This document shows, one piece after another, positions 34,516 to 42,880 of a stretch of DNA of 64,000 nt. The notes below the pieces were generated by a model. That model was given only the letters and a program-made list of their open reading frames with translations, made no database searches and was not told the origin of the DNA. The stretch is from Frankiales bacterium (GTDB lineage Bacteria > Actinomycetota > Actinomycetes > Mycobacteriales > SCTD01): positions 1,069-65,068 of the forward strand of contig JAODNS010000136.1 of the NCBI GenBank assembly GCA_025465145.1, given 5' to 3'. Made by a program: the position numbers and the translations under genes. Each line of letters begins with the position of its first letter. Position 1 is the first letter of the stretch.

Positions 34516-35907
34516 CTAGTCGCGCGAGGCGACCAGCCGGTCGACCGCGGCCAGCAGCAGCTCCGCGACATGGGGCGTCTCCGCCTCGAGCGCGTCGGCG
34601 AGGTACCGGGAGCCGTCCGGGAGCACCACCGCGGGCACACCACGTGCCCGCAGCAGCCGGTCCAGCCACTGCAGCAGCTCGTCCAGCAGCCGTGGGTCGC
34701 GGCACGCGTGCGCAGCCGCGGCGTGCCGCGCGATCCAGCGCAGGTCCGCGACGCTGTGCCGCTGCTGCCACGGGTTCATGCGCCGGATCCAGTCGCTGCC
34801 CTCGGCCTGCCGCTCCAGTGCCATGAGCAGCAGCGCGTCGGGAACGGCGTCCGCAAGGCGAGCCTGCTGCGGCACCTGCCCGGCGTCCGGGCGCTGGCGC
34901 AGGCCCTGCACCAGGTCGGCGAGGCCGCCCGCGCTCGCGGCCCAGGCGTCCGCGCCGAGGGCCAGCGCACGTGCGTCGTCGGTGCCGAACGCGCGGCCGC
35001 CTGCCACCACGGGCACCCCGACCTCGTGTGCGGCGGCGATGGTGTCCGCGGCCGCGATGAGGCTCGTGGCGATCGTGCAGGAGAGCGCGAGGGCGGCCGG
35101 CCGCGCCTCCTCGAGGTAGCGGCCCAGGTGCTCGGCCGGAACGCCTGGGCCGAGGACGACGGCGCGTACGCCCCCGGCTGCCACGGCGGCGAGCCGGCCG
35201 GGCAGCGTGTGCCACTCCTCCGCCGGCGCGGCGAAGACGACGACCGGGCCCGTTGTGGGCAGCGGCAGGGACGCTGCGGCAGCCTCCGTCAGCGACGTCG
35301 CCGCGTGCTCGTCGGCAACCGACCAGCGGCCGGCGTACCAGCGCTCGCCGACCTCGCGCTGCGCCGGGGCGAGCACGTGCTCGGCCACCGACTCGGCCCG
35401 CACACCGGACAGCAGCAGCCGCCGGACGACCGCGGCGGTGGCGTTGCCGTCGCCGGCCGCAAGGGCGTCGACGTAGCGCCCGAGCGCCTCCGGCTCCGCG
35501 TTGCGGGTGCCCGCCGCCATGGGGGCGGACGCGGGCAGGCGGTGCAGCGCGAGGCGGGCGTCCTCGACCAGCTGCGGCAGGACGGCGCGCAGCTCGAGGG
35601 TGGCCACGCTGAGCGGGTCGGCGACGACGAGCACGGGCTCGGACAGGCCCAGCGAGACGTCGACGCCGAGCACGTCGTCCGGCTCGAGCCGGGCTGGTAC
35701 GCAGGCCCCGCCGAGGTCCGCGACCGCGGTGCGGACCACGGCGGCGACGTCGTCGGCCGTGGACGTCCGCAGGAGCGCCCGGGTGGCGGCGAGGGCCACC
35801 TGCGCGGCGCCGTCGGGGCAGAGCGGGTACGGCCGCTCGGTCGGGCGCTGCCGGCGGCCCGCACGCCGGCCGGCCTGCGACGCGGGACCGAGCTCGGGCG
35901 CGGTCAT
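34516..35907 (-). CDS. cobalamin (B12)-binding domain protein, CarH-like sensor module without DNA-binding domain
   Basis: ORF 34516..35934(-), trimmed to ATG 35905-35907, which overlaps the upstream stop (ATGA). Four-helix-bundle signature YVDALAAGDGNATAA...VGERWYAGRWSVADEHAAT (W-x9-EH). Rossmann part VVFAAPAEEWHTLPGRL...LALSCT...VPVVAGGRAFG. N- and C-terminal extra domains are unassigned. Confidence 0.7.
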   Translation of the reverse strand: MTAPELGPASQAGRRAGRRQRPTERPYPLCPDGAAQVALAATRALLRTSTADDVAAVVRTAVADLGGACVPARLEPDDVLGVDVSLGLSEPVLVVADPLSVATLELRAVLPQLVEDARLALHRLPASAPMAAGTRNAEPEALGRYVDALAAGDGNATAAVVRRLLLSGVRAESVAEHVLAPAQREVGERWYAGRWSVADEHAATSLTEAAAASLPLPTTGPVVVFAAPAEEWHTLPGRLAAVAAGGVRAVVLGPGVPAEHLGRYLEEARPAALALSCTIATSLIAAADTIAAAHEVGVPVVAGGRAFGTDDARALALGADAWAASAGGLADLVQGLRQRPDAGQVPQQARLADAVPDALLLMALERQAEGSDWIRRMNPWQQRHSVADLRWIARHAAAAHACRDPRLLDELLQWLDRLLRARGVPAVVLPDGSRYLADALEAETPHVAELLLAAVDRLVASRD

Positions 35908-38165
35908 GCCGTGGCCGAGCTCGCCGCGAGGCACCGGCCGACGGTGTGCGCGTGCCAGCGGCGGCCCTCAGGGTTCAGGGCGCCCTCGCCGTTGAGGACG
36001 GCGGCGATCGTGTGTGTGCTCGCGCCGTGCCCGTACATCTGGTGCATGCGCGCCAGCACAGCACGGTCCACGGCAGGACGGCCGCGTCGAGGACGAAGCG
36101 GCTGCGGCTCCAGCGGTCGTTCGGTGCCCGCAAGCGCTGCCGCCAGCTCGTCCGCTGGCACCGGCCGGGCGAACAGGTAGCCCTGCGCATCCGTGCAGCC
36201 GAGCTGCACCAGCCGATGGCGCTGCGCTTCGGTCTCCACGCCTTCGGCTATCAGGCCGAGTCCGACGTCGCGACCGAGGCGGACGACGCTCGCGACGATC
36301 GCCGCGTCGTCCGGGCTCTCCAGCATCCCGGCCACGAACGAGCGGTCGATCTTGAGCAGGTCCACCGGGAACCGCTTGAGGTACAGGAAGCTCGAGTACC
36401 CGGTGCCGAAGTCGTCGATCGCCGTACGGACGCCCAGCTCCTTCAGCGCCGTCATCGCGCGAAGGGCGGCCTCCGCGTCCTCGACCACGGCGCTCTCGGT
36501 CACCTCGAGCACGAGCCGGTCGGCGGCGAGGCCGCTGCGTCGAAGGCTCGCCTCCACCGTCGCGACAACGTCGGGCTGAGCAAGCTGCCGGGTCGAGAGG
36601 TTGACGGCGACCGTGAGCGCAGCCGCGTTCCCGCTCCACGACGCCGCCTCGGCGCAGGCCTTGTCGAGGACGGCAGCCCCCATCGGGACGATGAGCCCGA
36701 CCCGCTCCGCGACCTCGATGAACTCTCCGGGTGAGACCAGTCGGCCGTCACGGTCCCGTACGCGCACCAGCGCCTCGACGCCCGTCGGGCGTCCGGTCGC
36801 CAGCTGCACCACCGGTTGGTAGTGCACCTCCAGGCGGTCGTCCTCGAGCGCCTCCTCGACCAGCCGCTCGACACGGCGGCGGCGGTCCATCTGGGCGCGC
36901 AGCTCGGTCGACGCCATGTCGAGGCGCGCGCCGCCGTGGCTCTTCGCGGCATACATCGCCTCGTCCGCCGCCCGCAGCAGCTCCTCGGCCGTCGTCTCCG
37001 CCGTGCCGACGGCGAGGCCGGCGCTGGCCGTTACGGGCACCTCGCGACCCTCGATCTCGACGGTGCCGTTGACGGCGGCGACGACGCGCTCGCTGCGGGT
37101 GCGCGCCCCGGCCTCCGAGGTGTCCACCCACACGACGACGAACTCGTCGCCGGAGACACGCGCGACCGTGTCCGTCGCCCGGCTGACCCGGAGCAGGCGG
37201 TGCGACAGCTCGACGAGAACACGGTCGCCGGCGGCGTGCCCGAGGGTGTCGTTGACGCCCTTGAACCGGTCCACGTCGAGGAACAGCGCCGCCACGACGC
37301 CGCCGGAACGGGCGGTGTGCACGAACGCCTGGTCCATCCGGTCGAGCAGCAGCGTCCGGTTGGGCAGGCCGGTGAGGCCGTCGTGCAGCGCGGCCCTGCG
37401 CAGCTCCTGCTGGGCGCGCTTCATCGCGGTCACGTCGACGGTCATCACCACGGCGCCGGTTTCGGCGGGGAGCGGTGTGATGCGGATGCTCCACCACACG
37501 TCGTCCGGCGCCTCGTACTCCAGCTCGAACCGCGGCCGCCGGCCCTCCAGCACGTCGCGCAGGCCGATCAGCAGCAGCTGTGCCTCTGCCTCCGGCGACT
37601 CCCCGCGCCACAGGACCGACAAGTCGTCGCCTGGCTCGCAGGTCAGCAAGGAGCCTTCGCTCTGGTGCCGCATCGGCTTGTTCACGGCCAGCACCCGGCC
37701 AGCGCCGTCGACGGCGCAGGTCGGCGCCTCGAGACCGTCCAGCAGCGCCGCCGAGAGCCGCGCGGCGCGGCGTGCTGCCGCATCGGCGCGGGCGCGCTCG
37801 CAGGCGTAGCGCAGCGCCCGCAGCACCAGCTGCGGCGTCAGCTCGGATTTGCTCACGTAGTCCTGCGCGCCGCTCGCGAGGGCGTCGAGCGCCATCGTCT
37901 CGTCCTCGAGCCCGGTCAGGACGACCAGCGGCAGCTCGGGGTACGCGGCGCGCAGCGTCTCCACGACGTCGAGGCCCCAGGCGTCCGGCAGGGACAGGTC
38001 GACGAGCGCCACGTCCCACGGCGCTGCGGAGAGGGCGGTCAGTGCGCCGCTGAGGCTCGGCGCGTGCTCGACCAGCACGGGCACCCGCCCCTCCTCGAGC
38101 AGGGCGGTGACGAGGTCCGCGTCCGCGAGGCTGTCCTCGACGAGCAGCACGCGCAGTCCCGTCAT
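35904..38165 (-). CDS. REC-PAS-GGDEF-EAL response regulator with C-terminal recombinase-like HTH tail
   Basis: ORF 35904..39377(-), trimmed to ATG 38163-38165 (MTGLRVLLVEDS...). Canonical receiver (DVALVDLSLPD, VVLTG, YVSKS). GGDEF domain (VSGDEFVVV). EAL domain (GVEALVRV...EVTES...IDDFGTGYSSF...KIDRSF). Tail LARMHQMYGHGASTHTIAAVLNGEGALNPEGRRWHAHTV. Confidence 0.9.
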   Translation of the reverse strand: MTGLRVLLVEDSLADADLVTALLEEGRVPVLVEHAPSLSGALTALSAAPWDVALVDLSLPDAWGLDVVETLRAAYPELPLVVLTGLEDETMALDALASGAQDYVSKSELTPQLVLRALRYACERARADAAARRAARLSAALLDGLEAPTCAVDGAGRVLAVNKPMRHQSEGSLLTCEPGDDLSVLWRGESPEAEAQLLLIGLRDVLEGRRPRFELEYEAPDDVWWSIRITPLPAETGAVVMTVDVTAMKRAQQELRRAALHDGLTGLPNRTLLLDRMDQAFVHTARSGGVVAALFLDVDRFKGVNDTLGHAAGDRVLVELSHRLLRVSRATDTVARVSGDEFVVVWVDTSEAGARTRSERVVAAVNGTVEIEGREVPVTASAGLAVGTAETTAEELLRAADEAMYAAKSHGGARLDMASTELRAQMDRRRRVERLVEEALEDDRLEVHYQPVVQLATGRPTGVEALVRVRDRDGRLVSPGEFIEVAERVGLIVPMGAAVLDKACAEAASWSGNAAALTVAVNLSTRQLAQPDVVATVEASLRRSGLAADRLVLEVTESAVVEDAEAALRAMTALKELGVRTAIDDFGTGYSSFLYLKRFPVDLLKIDRSFVAGMLESPDDAAIVASVVRLGRDVGLGLIAEGVETEAQRHRLVQLGCTDAQGYLFARPVPADELAAALAGTERPLEPQPLRPRRGRPAVDRAVLARMHQMYGHGASTHTIAAVLNGEGALNPEGRRWHAHTVGRCLAASSATA

Positions 38166-38327
38166 CGTGCCTCCCTTCGTGCGGCTGGATGCCCACCCTG
38201 ACCGGCCGCCGGCCCCCTCGCCAGCGGTTCGGCCGCGAAGGGTGCGCAGACGGCACATGCGCCCCCCGGTCGCACTAGTTCCTGGGGACCGGGCCTGCCG
38301 ACGCCGCGCCTCGGGCAGGATGCCCGG

Positions 38328-39482
38328 GTGTCCGCCACCACCACCACCACCGCCGCCGACCTGCTGGCGCAGGCCGCTCAGGTGGCTGCCGACGCAATTG
38401 TCGGCGAGGACGTGGACGGTGTGGTGATGGCCTGGAACGACGCCGCCTCCCGGCTCTACGGCCTGGCTGCGCGCGATGCCGTCGGCAGCAGCGCCGAACC
38501 GCTGCTGCGGCCGGACGGCGAGTCCTCGGCTCCGGCCGCGGCACGCGCTCGTGCGCTGACGGGCACGCGGGTCGATGCGTTCGACAGCTGGCACGCCCGG
38601 GCCGACGGCAGCCGCGTTCCCGTCTCGACCTCGGTCGCGCCGCTGCGGCGGCCCGACGGGAGCGTCTGCGGGACGGCCACCAGCGCGATCGACATCAGCG
38701 GACGCCTCCGCCTCGACGCCGACCTGCAGGACGCGCGCCGGGCGCTGGAGCAGCAGAACGCGGTGCTGGTCCGGAGCAACCGCGACCTGGAGCAGTTCGC
38801 CTATGTCGCCTCGCACGACCTGTCCGAGCCGCTGCGGGTGATCACCGGCTTCATCACGCAGATCGAGCGCCGGTACGGGGGCAGCTTCGACGAGCGCGGC
38901 GAGCGGTACCTGCGGCACATCGTCGAGGGGGCCGCGCGGATGCGGGCGCTCATCGACGACCTGTTGGAGTACTCCCGGTTCCTGCGCGCGGACCACACCC
39001 GTACCGAGGTGCCGCTGCGGGAGGTCGTGGACGCGGCGCTCGGCCGGCTGTCCGCGGCCGTGCAGGACACGGGCGCAGAGGTCGAGGTCGGGGAGCTGCC
39101 CGTCGTCCTCGGCGATCGCGCGCAGCTGCAGAGCATGGTCCAGAACCTGCTGTCCAACGCGCTGAAGTTCACCGCGCCGGGGGAGGTCCCGCGGCTGCGG
39201 GTGAGCGGCGACGTCGCTGGCGCCTCCGGAGTGCTGCACGTGGACGACGCCGGGATCGGGATCGAGCCGGAGTTCCGCGACCGGGTGTTCCGGATGTTCC
39301 AGCGCCTGCACGTACGCGAGGACTACAGCGGCACCGGGATCGGCCTGGCCGTCGTCCAGCAGGTGGTCGAGCTGCACGACGGCAGCATCACCGTCGAAGA
39401 CTCACCGCTCGGAGGCGCGCGCTTCCGGGTCGCCCTCCCGCTGGCAACGACCGGAGGTGGCCCGCGTGGCGACGACCGCTGA
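38328..39482 (+). CDS. PAS sensor histidine kinase (HisKA of the phytochrome-associated type)
   Basis: ORF 38328..39482(+). PAS block [16 protein letters not shown]-box [23 protein letters not shown] box LLSNALKF, G boxes DDAGIGI and GTGIGLAVV. Confidence 0.9.
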   Translation: MSATTTTTAADLLAQAAQVAADAIVGEDVDGVVMAWNDAASRLYGLAARDAVGSSAEPLLRPDGESSAPAAARARALTGTRVDAFDSWHARADGSRVPVSTSVAPLRRPDGSVCGTATSAIDISGRLRLDADLQDARRALEQQNAVLVRSNRDLEQFAYVASHDLSEPLRVITGFITQIERRYGGSFDERGERYLRHIVEGAARMRALIDDLLEYSRFLRADHTRTEVPLREVVDAALGRLSAAVQDTGAEVEVGELPVVLGDRAQLQSMVQNLLSNALKFTAPGEVPRLRVSGDVAGASGVLHVDDAGIGIEPEFRDRVFRMFQRLHVREDYSGTGIGLAVVQQVVELHDGSITVEDSPLGGARFRVALPLATTGGGPRGDDR

Positions 39483-39906
39483 CCTGCTGCAGATCCTGCT
39501 CGTCGAGGACAGCCTGCCCGACATCGAGCTCACCCTCGAGGCGCTCGAGGCCGCGAAGGTGGCGAACCAGGTGCACGTGGTGCGCGACGGTGAGTCCGCG
39601 CTCGACTACCTGCACCGCCGGGGCAAGCATGCCGACGCGACCCGGCCGGACCTGGTCATCCTCGACCTCAACCTGCCCCGCCGCAGCGGCCAGGAGGTGC
39701 TCGCCGACGTGAAGGCGGACGCGGACCTGCGCCGCATCCCCATCGCCGTGCTGACGACCTCGGCCGCGCAGGCAGACGTGGTGCGGTCCTACGACCTCGG
39801 TGCGAACTGCTACCTCACCAAGCCGGTCGACGTGGAGCAGTTCCTCAACGTCGTGCAGTCGATCGAGGACTTCTGGCTCGGGCTGGTCCGCCTGCCGCCT
39901 CCGTGA
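39457..39906 (+). CDS. single-domain response regulator (Rcp1/CheY-like)
   Basis: ORF 39457..39906(+). [10 protein letters not shown]...[14 protein letters not shown]...VLTTS...NCYLTKP with all phosphorylation residues present. Overlaps the kinase 3' end; an alternative GTG start is at 39466. Confidence 0.9.
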   Translation: MARVATTADLLQILLVEDSLPDIELTLEALEAAKVANQVHVVRDGESALDYLHRRGKHADATRPDLVILDLNLPRRSGQEVLADVKADADLRRIPIAVLTTSAAQADVVRSYDLGANCYLTKPVDVEQFLNVVQSIEDFWLGLVRLPPP

Positions 39907-39910
39907 CAGC

Positions 39911-39945
39911 CGACGGCCCCCGAGCGGATCGCTCGGGGGCCGTCG
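39911..39945. terminator. bidirectional intrinsic terminator hairpin (15-bp perfect stem, 5-nt loop)
   Basis: CGACGGCCCCCGAGC-GGATC-GCTCGGGGGCCGTCG, between convergent genes ending at 39906(+) and 39961(-). Confidence 0.7.
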
Positions 39946-39960
39946 TACGGGCAGGAACCG

Positions 39961-40740
39961 CTAGCGGTTCTGGTCCTGGCGCTGCGTCGTGCCGGAGGTG
40001 CCCTCCGGGTAGACACCGTCGACCTCGATCTGCTCCTTGCGGACGGTGTCGGTCACCTGCTGCTGCTCGGTGACGGTCTCCGTGTCCAGGCGTACGCGCT
40101 CGACCGGCACGGTCTCCTTGGCGACCACCGCTCGGTCCGCGGTCAGGCTGACCTCGTGCTCCTCCTCGGAGATGTCCGGGCCGTCGAGCGCCTGTCCGAT
40201 GTTGGCGTCGGTGATCGGCTCGCGCTCGACCCGGACCTCCTCGTGCGACACGGGCACGGTCTTGGAGACCTCCTCGGTCGTGACGTACTTGCGCAGCTTC
40301 GCGACGCCGGTCTGCACCTTCTCTGTGCCGACGTGCAGCTCCTCCTCGGAGCGGGTCATCGCGGTGTCCGTCGTCGGGCCGCTGGTGTCGCCGCCGACCA
40401 CGCCCTGCTCCTGGCCGCCGCTGAAGCCGCCGCCGATGCCGTAGTGCTGGTAGAGGCGCGCCTCCTCAGCCGGGTCCAGGTCGCCGTCGCCGTCGATGCG
40501 CGGCGCCTCGGTGATGAGGTCCTTGTTGTACGGCACGGTCACGGTGTCGCCCTGCAGCGTGGCCTCGGCCAGCGGCACGAACGAGGTGGCGGTGCCGAAC
40601 GCGCCGGTGTGCACGGTCGCGAAGGTCGGCTCGGTGCCGTCGCGGTCGACGTACAGCGCCTCCAGACGGCCGAGGTCGGCACCGTCGGTGCCGACGAGCT
40701 TCTTGCCGGACAGTCCTGCGAGCTGGTCTACGGAGATCAT
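39961..40740 (-). CDS. PRC-barrel + DUF2382 (YsnF/AvaK-like) stress protein
   Basis: ORF 39961..40740(-). PRC-barrel-like block VGTDGADLGRLEALYVD...FVPL. Repeated C-terminal region EELHVGTEKVQTGVAKLRKYVTTEEV...VSHEEVRVEREP...VAKETVPVERVRLDTETV. Confidence 0.8.
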   Translation of the reverse strand: MISVDQLAGLSGKKLVGTDGADLGRLEALYVDRDGTEPTFATVHTGAFGTATSFVPLAEATLQGDTVTVPYNKDLITEAPRIDGDGDLDPAEEARLYQHYGIGGGFSGGQEQGVVGGDTSGPTTDTAMTRSEEELHVGTEKVQTGVAKLRKYVTTEEVSKTVPVSHEEVRVEREPITDANIGQALDGPDISEEEHEVSLTADRAVVAKETVPVERVRLDTETVTEQQQVTDTVRKEQIEVDGVYPEGTSGTTQRQDQNR

Positions 40741-40819
40741 GGTGTTCCTCTCGTACGGGATCAGGGTTCGGAGAACGCCGCAGCCGGGCCCGCGAGGCGG
40801 ACCCGGCTGCGACCTGCTG

Positions 40820-41053
40820 CTAGTGGTTGTGCGTGTCGGCGGTCTCGCGGCGACGCGCCAGGCCGGCCAGGCCCGCGAGGCCGAGCAGGCCCCACAGACC
40901 GGTCTTGTCCTGGTTGTCGTCGCTCTGGTTGGTGTCGTCAGCGGTCACCTGCGTGCCAGGGGCCGAGACGGGGCCCGTCGCGGCGCTGGCGGTGGCGATA
41001 CCGGTGAAGCTGAGCGCGGCGGTGGTGGCCACGACGGCGAGGGTCTTGCGCAT
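40820..41053 (-). CDS. small secreted protein with WGxxGxxG C-terminal tail (77 aa)
   Basis: 3' part of ORF 40820..41488(-). ATG 41051-41053, 4 nt after AGGAGG. Signal peptide MRKTLAVVATTAALSFTGIATASA, acidic linker, then GLWGLLGLAGLAGLARRR. Confidence 0.7.
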   Translation of the reverse strand: MRKTLAVVATTAALSFTGIATASAATGPVSAPGTQVTADDTNQSDDNQDKTGLWGLLGLAGLAGLARRRETADTHNH

Positions 41054-41105
41054 GAGTCCTCCTGAGGACGTAGGTCGTGCGGAGAGGGAGGGAGTGGCGC
41101 GTCGG

Positions 41106-41390
41106 TCAGACGCGGCGGCTGCCGGAGCCGTCCGTGTCGACGCCGCCGATGCGGGTGCCGGTCGCGGCGCGGGAGTCCTTGTACTTCTTGTAGCCGAACA
41201 GGCCGAGCATCCCGGCGAGGCCGGCGAGGCCCCACTTGCCGGTGTCGTCGCCGCTGTTCTCATTGCTGGTGTCAGCGGCGACAACGACGGAGGCGTCCGT
41301 GGTCGAGGCCAGGGCGGGGGCAGCGGTGACGCCGAGCCCGCCGAGGGTGAGGCCACCGAGAAGGGCGGCCGAGGCGAGGGTTCTGCGCAT
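41106..41390 (-). CDS. small secreted protein with WGxxGxxG C-terminal tail (94 aa), paralog of 40820..41053
   Basis: 3' part of ORF 41106..42311(-). ATG 41388-41390 (GGAG 6 nt upstream). Signal peptide MRRTLASAALLGGLTLGGLGVTAAPALA, acidic linker, then GKWGLAGLAGMLGLFGYKKYK. Confidence 0.7.
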   Translation of the reverse strand: MRRTLASAALLGGLTLGGLGVTAAPALASTTDASVVVAADTSNENSGDDTGKWGLAGLAGMLGLFGYKKYKDSRAATGTRIGGVDTDGSGSRRV

Positions 41391-41552
41391 GCAGCACTCC
41401 AGGTGTTCGGCAGGGATCGGGGGTCCGGCGTGGTCCGCCGGTGCCGCCCTGCAGGGTCGGCTGTCTGGTGCCCGGGCGCCTCCGACAAGCACCTGTCGCG
41501 ACCGCCACCCCCGGCTTACTCGCGGCAAGGCTTCTGACAGCGCCCGGTACGT

Positions 41553-42812
41553 GTGAGTCGCGAACGGGCTGATGCGGCCGTCGCTGCGTACCGTGTGCGG
41601 GTGCAGCACCGACGACACCGGAAGCGGAGGCCCGGCCTCCCCCTGCTCCTCGCCGGACTGGTGGTCGCGCCCGTGGCTGTGCTGGCCGCTGCTCCGGGTC
41701 CGGTGCGTCGCGCCGTCGCGGCCGTCACAGACGCCGCGCCCGCGCAGCCCGTGGCAGCCGCCACGCCGACCGCCGCGGCGTGCACACCCGCGCCGCTGGA
41801 GCGGCGCGCCGGCGCAGTCATCATGGTCGGGATGCCAGGCGTCACCCGAGCTGACGACCCGCTGGCCAAGGAGGTCGTCGCCCTCGGCGTCTCCGGCGTC
41901 TTCCTCGCCGCCGGCAACGTGCAGAACCCCGGCCAAGTGCGCGACCTCACCACCGGACTGCGAGCCCTCGCCGGCCGTCCGCTGCTCGTCTCGACCGACG
42001 AGGAGTCCGGCCGCGTCGCGGCCACCCGCGCCGTCGTGGGCGAGGGACCATCGCCGCGCCGGCTCGCCCGGCAGCGGACGCCCGAGCAGGTGCGCGAGCT
42101 GGCCGCCGAGATCGGCCGCGACCTGCACCGCGTCGGCATCGACCTCGACTTCGCACCGCTGGTGGATCTCGACGACGGGCCGTCGGGACAGGTCATCGGC
42201 GACCGCTCGTTCAGCAAGGACCCCGCCACGACGACGCGCTACGCCGGCGCTTTCGCCGAGGGGCTGTCCGCCGGCGGCGTCACCCCCACGATCAAGCACT
42301 TCCCAGGCCACGGACGGTCAGCTGCCGACAGCCACCGGGGCTCGTCCACCGTCCCCGCATCGCTCGAGGAGCTCGAGACCACCGACCTCGCGCCGTTCCA
42401 GCAGCTCATCGAGCGGGGCGCGCCGGTCGTCATGATGAACCACCTCGACTACGCGGCACTCGATCCGGCTCTGCCCGCGTCCCTGTCCCCCAAGGCGTAC
42501 GCGCTGCTGCGCTCTCTGGGCTTCCAGGGCGTCGCGGTCACCGACAGCCTCGGCATGGGCGCGGTCAACCTGCGGTGGGACTTCCCGGAGGCCGCCGTAC
42601 GCGCCATCGAGGCCGGCGCCGACTCGGCCTTCGCCACCGACGGCAACCAGGCGAAGCGGATGCGCGCCGCGATCGTCGCCGCCGTGCGCAGCGGCCGGAT
42701 ATCGGAGCAGCGCCTCAACGAGGCGGCGGCTCGGCTGACCGCACTGGCCGGCGGCGACCCGGTCGCCCTCACCTGCACAGCCGCCAGCAAGGTCGCGTTC
42801 CCCGCCGGCTGA
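41553..42812 (+). CDS. glycoside hydrolase family 3 N-terminal-domain protein (NagZ-like beta-N-acetylhexosaminidase), exported
   Basis: ORF 41553..42812(+). LVSTDEESGRV, DLDFAPLVDL, IKHFPGHG, VVMMNH, AVTDSLGM. N-terminal basic + hydrophobic segment. The true start may be a downstream GTG (41595 or 41601). Confidence 0.8.
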   Translation: MSRERADAAVAAYRVRVQHRRHRKRRPGLPLLLAGLVVAPVAVLAAAPGPVRRAVAAVTDAAPAQPVAAATPTAAACTPAPLERRAGAVIMVGMPGVTRADDPLAKEVVALGVSGVFLAAGNVQNPGQVRDLTTGLRALAGRPLLVSTDEESGRVAATRAVVGEGPSPRRLARQRTPEQVRELAAEIGRDLHRVGIDLDFAPLVDLDDGPSGQVIGDRSFSKDPATTTRYAGAFAEGLSAGGVTPTIKHFPGHGRSAADSHRGSSTVPASLEELETTDLAPFQQLIERGAPVVMMNHLDYAALDPALPASLSPKAYALLRSLGFQGVAVTDSLGMGAVNLRWDFPEAAVRAIEAGADSAFATDGNQAKRMRAAIVAAVRSGRISEQRLNEAAARLTALAGGDPVALTCTAASKVAFPAG

Positions 42813-42880
42813 GCCGTTTCCGCGGGCGGGCACCGGGCACGCGACCGGGAGTCCTCGACCCCGGCAGACAAGGCAGCGGC

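Noticed and set aside
35904-39377. 1157-aa ORF suggesting one giant protein
   Set aside because: The N-terminal 404 codons are antisense to the PAS histidine kinase gene and are compositionally non-coding. The real gene begins at the receiver-domain Met (38165). Comparable 5' over-extensions were trimmed for 19700..21976, 41106..42311, 44070..45233, 50843..52654, 51991..53385, 8095..9204 and 1875..3725.
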